NCBI RefSeq assembly: GCF_000372725.1 | Contig: NW_005201192.1 | Location: forward strand, 620,001 to 684,000 | DNA: 64,000 bases | Direction of reading: 5' to 3' | Source: Emiliania huxleyi CCMP1516 | Taxonomy: Eukaryota | Made by a program: the position numbers and the translations under genes | Notes under the pieces: model-generated | Told to the model about the DNA's origin: nothing | Database searches by the model: none | The model's input: the letters and a program-made list of their open reading frames with translations, nothing else | Shown here: positions 58,055 through 64,000 of the stretch, piece after piece | Numbering within the stretch: the stretch's first letter is position 1 | Layout of the letters: the number at the start of each line of letters is the position of its first letter

Positions 58055-58889
58055 CCTTATCAGCTGGTCGGCCGCCATGTGGGCCTCCGGGCCTGCTGCG
58101 GCGGCGCGGCCGGTTGAGGCCGGGCTCGGCCCGGCCCGCGACGGCTGGCCGCCGACGAGCGCGCTCGCGCTGCTCGTCAAGATGGCGGCGGTGGCGATTG
58201 CGGCGACGGTCGTTCAGTCGTACAGCGCTCAGGCGTCTGTCATCTGTCGTCTGTTGTCGCATTTCGCACACGCGCGCGCCGCGCGACCCGCGTCGCTCCG
58301 CGAGGGCATGAGCCTTCCGCGATTCGATCCCGCAGCCAAAAGCTGCTCGTTCGAACCGCGGCCGACTCCGCCATCGTGGCCGCAGCTGTTGAGCTCTCCA
58401 GAAGACTGGTGCCTCATATACTGCCTCCCTGCGGATGCTGCCGGCGAGCCTGGCGGTCCGCTGTACTACAAGGATGTGCTGACTCGATTCTACCTCGAAT
58501 TCTTCTACCCCCACGACTCGGAACGCGAATGTGACAGGACCATCGGGTCCTTCGGCCACCAAAGCGAGATCACCCGAGAGCAGCTGAGTCTGCCTCTGGC
58601 CTCGCCTCCCTCTCCTCCAGGCATTCGTGGCATCCTATGGGTCAATGGGTCGTCCAGAGTATCGACCTCTGGCTTGTCAGTCGCGGTCACTTGATGACCC
58701 CCATGAAGTACAGCGATCGCCACCTCGCTGGCCTCTCCACAAGGCCCCCCGACCGCGTCGAACTCATCGGCGCGGGCTCTCTCGGCTACGGGACCGGCCC
58801 CAGCTTCGGCTGAGGGCTAACAAGCTGCCGAGCCCAAATCTCTGTGAGAGTCGTGATTTCTTGTTGGTCTTCAAAAATCTCTCTCTCTC
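58055..58889 (-). mobile_element. Inverted copy of element X (5880-6748)
   Basis: Long reverse-complement match. The ORF track shows nearly identical peptides at both loci. Confidence 0.9.
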
Positions 58890-59056
58890 GAGACCCCGGC
58901 GTGCACAGCCGGTGCCACTCTCGCGTTCCACACGGCCGGCCCTCATCCAGCTCGTCCAGCTCGCCCTCTCCATCGCCACCTCTTCCGTCTTTATCGTCAC
59001 CGTCGACTTTACCGCCACAGCCCTCTCTTGGAGCACTTGGAGTGCAGTCAGCAGCC

Positions 59057-59262
59057 TCACATCCAGGGCCGGGGAGCTCAGAAGCGCACCCAGCGGGCCG
59101 GATGATCGGCATCGGGCTACGGGCTAGAGAGCCCTGACCCCTAGGGGGGGTGCGCGTTCGCAGGGAAAGGGCCGTAAAGTAAACACGGGTCTGCGAGGGT
59201 TGGCCCCGCGTACCGGGTTTCCCCTTAACTGCAGGACGCCCCCTCTACTCGGAGCTAATGAA
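59057..59262 (+). repeat. Copy of the dispersed repeat at 23078-23300
   Basis: CTCACATCCAGGGCCGGGGAGCT...CCCCCTCTACTCGGAGCTA is shared between the two sites. Confidence 0.85.
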
Positions 59263-59368
59263 CATCACACTGCACGCCTCACACGTCAGGTACTTGGAGC
59301 ACTCCGTGGTTTATTTTTCTTCTTGTGCCGCCGCTCAGGGTGCTGAGCGACCGAGTGGCACCTCCACG

Positions 59369-61297
59369 ATGGCGACAGAGAGCGAGGAGGACACGTCCAC
59401 CATCTTCCTCCTCACCTTCTGCACCACCGTCCTGCTCCCGTGGACGCTCATCAAGCTGACTCGAGCGAGCTCCGACGAGGCGGCCGCGTGGCGCAAGCTC
59501 GGCTTCGGCGCGGACTCGGAGGTTGTGAGCTGCGCCGTCCGGCGGCGGCCGAGCCGCTTAAAACGGCACTCGACGGCGCTCAACGCGCTCTACCTCGTCC
59601 TCGTCCTCGCCGAGGGGTATCTCCTCCTCGCCGGCGGCGCGCCCGCCGCCACCTTTGACCCGCACGAGGCTCTCGGCGTCGACTCGGGCGCGACGCAGGC
59701 CGAGATCAGGTCGGCGTACCGGCGGCTCGCGGCGACGCTGCACCCGGACAAGAACCCGGATCCGCGGGCGCACGAGCGCTTCGTCGAGGTTGCCAAGGCG
59801 CACAAGATTTTGACCGACGACGCCGCGCGCGAGGCGTTTGAGCGAGGCGCCGGGCAGTACCAACAGGTTGGCTTTGCGACGCCGGAGCTGCTCGAGCGGC
59901 CGTACGTGCTAGGGCCGCTGCTGCTGGTGGTGGTGTGCTGGCCCCTCCTCCGGCTCCGCTCCATGGGCCGCGAGTCGGCCGCCAAGCAGGCGGCGCAGGC
60001 AAAGGCGCAGCAGCTCTACGTCGGCGCCGCACTCGGCGGAGGCTCCGCCAGGCAGACGGCCAGCCACCCCGCCAGGCAGGCGGCCCGGCCGTCGCGCGAG
60101 TCGCTCCTCCTCGCCCTCGCGCGCGCCGTCGCGCAGCCGCTGCCGCCGGCCCTCGCCTCGCTCGCCGGCCCGCTCGCGGCCGAGGCGGCGGAGCTGCGCG
60201 AGGCGGACGGGCAGGGCGGGGAGGAGAAGCGCTTCGGCGCGGAGCTGGCGGCGGCGGAGCCGGCGGAGGCGGCCGCGTGGTCTCTCCTCGCGCTGCACCT
60301 GGCGCGGCGCGAGCTTGCGGCCGAGTGGCGCCCACGCCTTCAGGCGCTGCTCGAGGAGGCGCCGAGCGCGCTGCAGTCCTTCGCCGAGGCGGCCGCGGCG
60401 GCGGAGGGCTTCTGCGAGGGCGGGCTCGACCAGCCGCTCGGTGCGGTGCGGGACCTCGCCGAGCTGCGCTCCTGCCTCACCCAGGCGGTGCCCTTCCGCA
60501 AGCCGCGCCCCTTTGACACGCTGCTGCAGGCGCCGCACTTCACGCCGCGCGCCGCCGTGGCGGTGGCGGCGGCGATGGCGGCGCCCGCGGCGGAGGAGGC
60601 GGAGGTTGCGGCAGCCGGGGCGGAGGCTTCCTTTGCAGAGGCGGCGGAGGCGGAGGCGGAGGCGGCCCTTATGGGGACGGAGGCGGAGGGCGGCGGCGGC
60701 GCGGGCCGAGCCCGCCACAAGCGAAAGGGCAAGAAGGCGGGCGGCAAGAAGAGGGGGAGCGGCGGCGCCACCGCCAGCGACGCGCCGGACTGCGGCGGCT
60801 CCGCGGTGGCGCGGCTGGCGGCGCTGGCGGACGGGGCGAGGGCGGCGCTCCTCTCGAGCGCCGGGCTCGACGGCGCGCAGGAGGCGGAGGTGCGCTCCTT
60901 CTGCCGCGTGATGCCGCGGCCGCAGCTGTCGGCGCGCGCCTACGTGGAGGGCGAGGAGGAGGAGGGGGGCGAGACGCTGCCCGGGGACCGGCTCACCGTC
61001 GAGGTCTGCCTGAGCCTGCCGCACGAGCGCGCGCCCGGCTGCCCGGTTCACGCGCCTCGCTCGCCACCCTCCGCCGAGGCGTGGCTGCTCTGCCTCTCCG
61101 ACGCGGGAGGGGCGAGGCTGCGGGGCTTGGTCGGCGTGGCAGCGCCGCCCGGCGCGGAGCACGTCGCCAAGTTTGCGATCAAGGTGCCGGGCCGGGCCGC
61201 AGGGAGCAGCCTCCGCCTCGAGGCGCACGCGTTCTGCTGCTCGTACGTGGGCGTGGACGCCGAGGCTCAGCTGGCGGTGCCAGTCGGGAGAGGCTGA
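59369..61297 (+). CDS. Sec63/ERdj2-like membrane J-domain protein
   Basis: Three TM segments around a J domain (FDPHEALGV...LHPDKNPDP), then LLQAPHF and a Sec63/Brl-like C-terminal region (VHAPR, WLLCLSD, SYVGVD). Confidence 0.8.
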   Translation: MATESEEDTSTIFLLTFCTTVLLPWTLIKLTRASSDEAAAWRKLGFGADSEVVSCAVRRRPSRLKRHSTALNALYLVLVLAEGYLLLAGGAPAATFDPHEALGVDSGATQAEIRSAYRRLAATLHPDKNPDPRAHERFVEVAKAHKILTDDAAREAFERGAGQYQQVGFATPELLERPYVLGPLLLVVVCWPLLRLRSMGRESAAKQAAQAKAQQLYVGAALGGGSARQTASHPARQAARPSRESLLLALARAVAQPLPPALASLAGPLAAEAAELREADGQGGEEKRFGAELAAAEPAEAAAWSLLALHLARRELAAEWRPRLQALLEEAPSALQSFAEAAAAAEGFCEGGLDQPLGAVRDLAELRSCLTQAVPFRKPRPFDTLLQAPHFTPRAAVAVAAAMAAPAAEEAEVAAAGAEASFAEAAEAEAEAALMGTEAEGGGGAGRARHKRKGKKAGGKKRGSGGATASDAPDCGGSAVARLAALADGARAALLSSAGLDGAQEAEVRSFCRVMPRPQLSARAYVEGEEEEGGETLPGDRLTVEVCLSLPHERAPGCPVHAPRSPPSAEAWLLCLSDAGGARLRGLVGVAAPPGAEHVAKFAIKVPGRAAGSSLRLEAHAFCCSYVGVDAEAQLAVPVGRG

Positions 61298-61588
61298 GCG
61301 GTCGGAGGGGGAGGGACGAGCCACGCCTCGGGAAGGGCGAGCCCCGCAGCAGTGCCGTGTGCAGAACCCCCCCCCTCCCCCTCCTCCCCCGCCGCCGCGC
61401 GACTGCCAGTCCGACTCTCGGCTCGAGCGGGCCGACGGTGGGTTGTGAGAATGAGACGTGAGCGGATCATGCACCGCGCAGAAAGCTCGGATCGCTAGCA
61501 CACTGTACACCGGGGCCGGCGGAATGCTGCCGCGCATATTCTTTAACTTCATCTTATTTTGACCTCACATCCATGGTCTCACAGTGTC

Positions 61589-62470
61589 CTGAGCCCTGGT
61601 CTGACAGCCTGACAGCAAACCCCGGACAGCGCCTGACAGTGCCCGACAGCCTGACACGTGAACACGCAGGTGCGGACACCTGACACGTGACAGCGCCGAC
61701 AGCACTTTCTCCGACAGTCTGACAGCACGTATCTGACAGCCTGACAGCAGAGTCTGACAGTCGAGGTGCTCCGTCGCTTTCAGGCCCTAACGTGACAGCC
61801 TGACAGCTGCCCGACAGCCCGACAGCACACAGTGGCCTGACAGCAGCGCTGAAACAGCCCCCGACAGCAGCACGACCGTACACACAGTCAGACCCCGTAG
61901 AGCCTCTTTCTTGTGCCCCATGAGGGTATAACAAAACTATTACATGCAAAGACATGTGAGTGTGGTCCATGTAGTCATGGGATGGTCATGGGTCTCTCTC
62001 TCAACCCTCCCGTCCCACACACCTCTGCGCGTCTGCGGGGACCCCTCTCTAGCACCGGCGGCTGTGCTACTACAAATGAAGCTACCAGCTAGCCTTCTGG
62101 GGCCCTACAGTCATATGCCTACGGCGTCTGGGTGGGGGTGGCCGCCGCCGTCTGTGCCGCCGCCGCCGCCTGCGCCTGCGCCGCCATATGCGCTCCCCAG
62201 GGGCGGCCGCCACCGCCGGCGTCGCGGCGTGATCACGCCGTGTAGGAGGAGAGGCTGAGAGTATGTGTAGTAGAGCCCTGCTGGTCTCCTCTTGATGGTG
62301 TCATAAGTGTGGCTGGTGTGTGTCAGAGCCTGACAGCACCCCGACAGCACCACCTGACAGCACCTGACAGCAACAGCCCAACGTCTGACAGCAGCAGCAG
62401 CCTGACAGCTCTGACAGCTCAGACAGCGTCTGACAGCAACACCCGACAGCTCCGACAGCACCCGACATAC
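61589..62470. repeat. Two CTGACAG motif arrays (61589-61890, 62320-62470), starting with CTGAGCCCTGGT
   Basis: Many C(T/C)GACAG units with irregular spacers. Confidence 0.88.
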
Positions 62471-62586
62471 CCGCGTACGATCAGCTCAAGCAGACACGCT
62501 CCATCGATTGGATCCGGACAGCCATTCGGGGATAGACCTGGTCGCAGCCACGCGCTCTCGAGTCGGAGAGCTCGTCACGCCAAGTG

Positions 62587-63633
62587 TCACGCCCCCCCGC
62601 GCGCCTGCCTTTGCGCCTCGCTCGCGCGGCGCAGCCGCTCGAGCGTCGCCACCTCGAGCGCCTCGTGGCTCAGCCGGTCCCCGCCGCCGCCGGCAGCCGG
62701 CCGCTTCCACCGCGTCCTGCGGCTCGGCGCGTGGTAAAAGTACGGCCGCCCGTCCGGCGCGATCGCCGTGCGCCAACCCTCCGGCAGCTGGTCAGGCGGG
62801 CCGCCGGAGGGCGCCGCGCCGTGCGCGGCCGCCTCTTTTGCGGCGGCGGCGGCCTCCGCGGCGCCTCCGGCGAAGCTCACCTGCAGGCCCCGGTCCACGA
62901 GCGCGCGCGAGCTAACCAGCGCCTCCGCCACCGCAGCCGGCACCTGCAGCAGCGCCTTGCGCCCGGCCACCGCAAGCGCCGCCGCGCGAATGGAGGTGGC
63001 CGCCTCGGGAGCGGCGCTCCCCGCGGCCGCCAGCAGCAGCGGACGGAGGTCCTGCTCGGTGAAGGCGTCGGCGGCCTGCCAGCGCACCACCACTGAGTAC
63101 GACCCGCCCGCCGCCTGCGCCGCAGGCGCCGCCGCGGGCGCCGCCGCCGCCGCCGGGGCCGCTGCCGCGGGTCGGGTGGGGTCGAGGCGTCCCGTGCGAC
63201 GCAGCCGCTCGATCTCACGCTGCAGCTCGGCGCGCGCAGCCGCCTCGGCCGACTCGCGCTCCCGCTCCTCTTTCGCCGCTGCCGCCGCAGCGGAGGGCGC
63301 GAACTTTGCCGCCTTTGCCGCCGCCTCTCGCGCCTCGAGCTCCTCCCGCATCTTGCGCCGGCCGCCTTCCTGCGCTTCCTGGCGGGCGCGGTGTGCCGCC
63401 TTGGCGTCGACCACGGCGTCGAACGCCGCCCGCGCCTTGTCATCCTCGAGCACCTCCTTGGCCTGCGTCAGCTTGAGGAAGCGCGCGACGGCGCCGTCCG
63501 GGTCGGGGCCCTTGTACCGATCGGGGTGGACCTCGAGCGAAAGCTTGCGGTACGCGCGCGATACCTCCGCCTTGCTCGCGCCGCGCTGCAGCCCGAGGAC
63601 CTCGTAGTAATCCTCGAACGGGGCGGACGGCAT
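62587..63633 (-). CDS. DnaJ protein (DNAJC17/Cwc23-like) with WW domain
   Basis: DYYEVLGL...HPDRY; RRKMREELEARE; VVVRW (RRM-like); WW domain LPEGWRTAIAPDGRPYFYH...TRWKRP; tail HEALEVATLERLRRA. Confidence 0.85.
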   Translation of the reverse strand: MPSAPFEDYYEVLGLQRGASKAEVSRAYRKLSLEVHPDRYKGPDPDGAVARFLKLTQAKEVLEDDKARAAFDAVVDAKAAHRARQEAQEGGRRKMREELEAREAAAKAAKFAPSAAAAAAKEERERESAEAAARAELQREIERLRRTGRLDPTRPAAAAPAAAAAPAAAPAAQAAGGSYSVVVRWQAADAFTEQDLRPLLLAAAGSAAPEAATSIRAAALAVAGRKALLQVPAAVAEALVSSRALVDRGLQVSFAGGAAEAAAAAKEAAAHGAAPSGGPPDQLPEGWRTAIAPDGRPYFYHAPSRRTRWKRPAAGGGGDRLSHEALEVATLERLRRASEAQRQARGGA

Positions 63634-64000
63634 TGGTGTGCCTTGGCCGTGCTTGCCCGGTGTGAGTGGGCACCAAAAGAGAGAATTTAAGTCCTCGCAC
63701 GACACTGGGCAGAGAAAGGAATACACACCGCACTCTGTCACAAGAAAGCGTGTGTGGTATATTGTTGGCACATGACAAGCGATCCCACGACAGCGATTGT
63801 GGGGACTACATGATCCGTACGTGAAGGGTGGAGGGGCCCGTCCGCGGAGCTAGGCGGCGTGGGCGCCCCCCACTGGGTGGGGCCGAGGCTAAGTCCTAAG
63901 AGGACGTCCGTCTGCCGCTTGCTTCGTCGTTGACCCATTTGGCACGCCCAGGGGATTTAACCCAGTCGGCACGCGCATTGCGCGCCTGCTTGTTGATGTT

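Noticed and set aside
59909..61552. 547-aa minus-strand ORF
   Set aside because: Antisense shadow of the Sec63-like gene.
61589..62470. CRISPR-like repeat-spacer pattern of CTGACAG
   Set aside because: The motif is too short and the spacing is irregular; better explained as subterminal element repeats.
1700..63633. Operon-like functional cluster (primase, RPA2, splicing and tRNA enzymes)
   Set aside because: Genes are far apart, in mixed orientation and separated by repeats; nothing in the sequence supports co-regulation.
1..64000. tRNA or rRNA genes
   Set aside because: No cloverleaf or rRNA signature recognised by eye; a covariance-model scan would be needed to exclude them.

Overview
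GC-rich, intron-containing eukaryotic DNA, most consistent with a haptophyte such as Emiliania/Gephyrocapsa huxleyi. This is inferred from many GC-AG introns, 10-11 bp intronic tandem repeats, Ala-rich proteins and TTAGGG repeats. One 100-N gap lies at 35344-35443. Recognisable genes: mevalonate kinase, TruA-type pseudouridine synthase, an SDR reductase, SF3A1/Prp21, primase small subunit, a secreted D-P-H-motif protein, a HAD hydrolase with a PTS1-like end, a multi-domain glycosyltransferase, TrmA, ATG4, RPA2, a Sec63-like J protein and a DNAJC17/Cwc23-like J protein. The most unusual coding features are uninterrupted in-frame fusions: MED20 with an ABHD14-like hydrolase, a GBP-type GTPase fragment with a PRMT-like methyltransferase, and TrmA with two unrelated C-terminal modules. 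Intergenic DNA is a mosaic of mobile elements: a CRE-like non-LTR retroelement remnant, an insertion whose empty site is also present in the window, several non-autonomous TIR elements, and a group of elements built from arrays of related TGT-core 6-7-mers, several with CTGAG ends. All family assignments come from motif recognition by eye, not from database searches.
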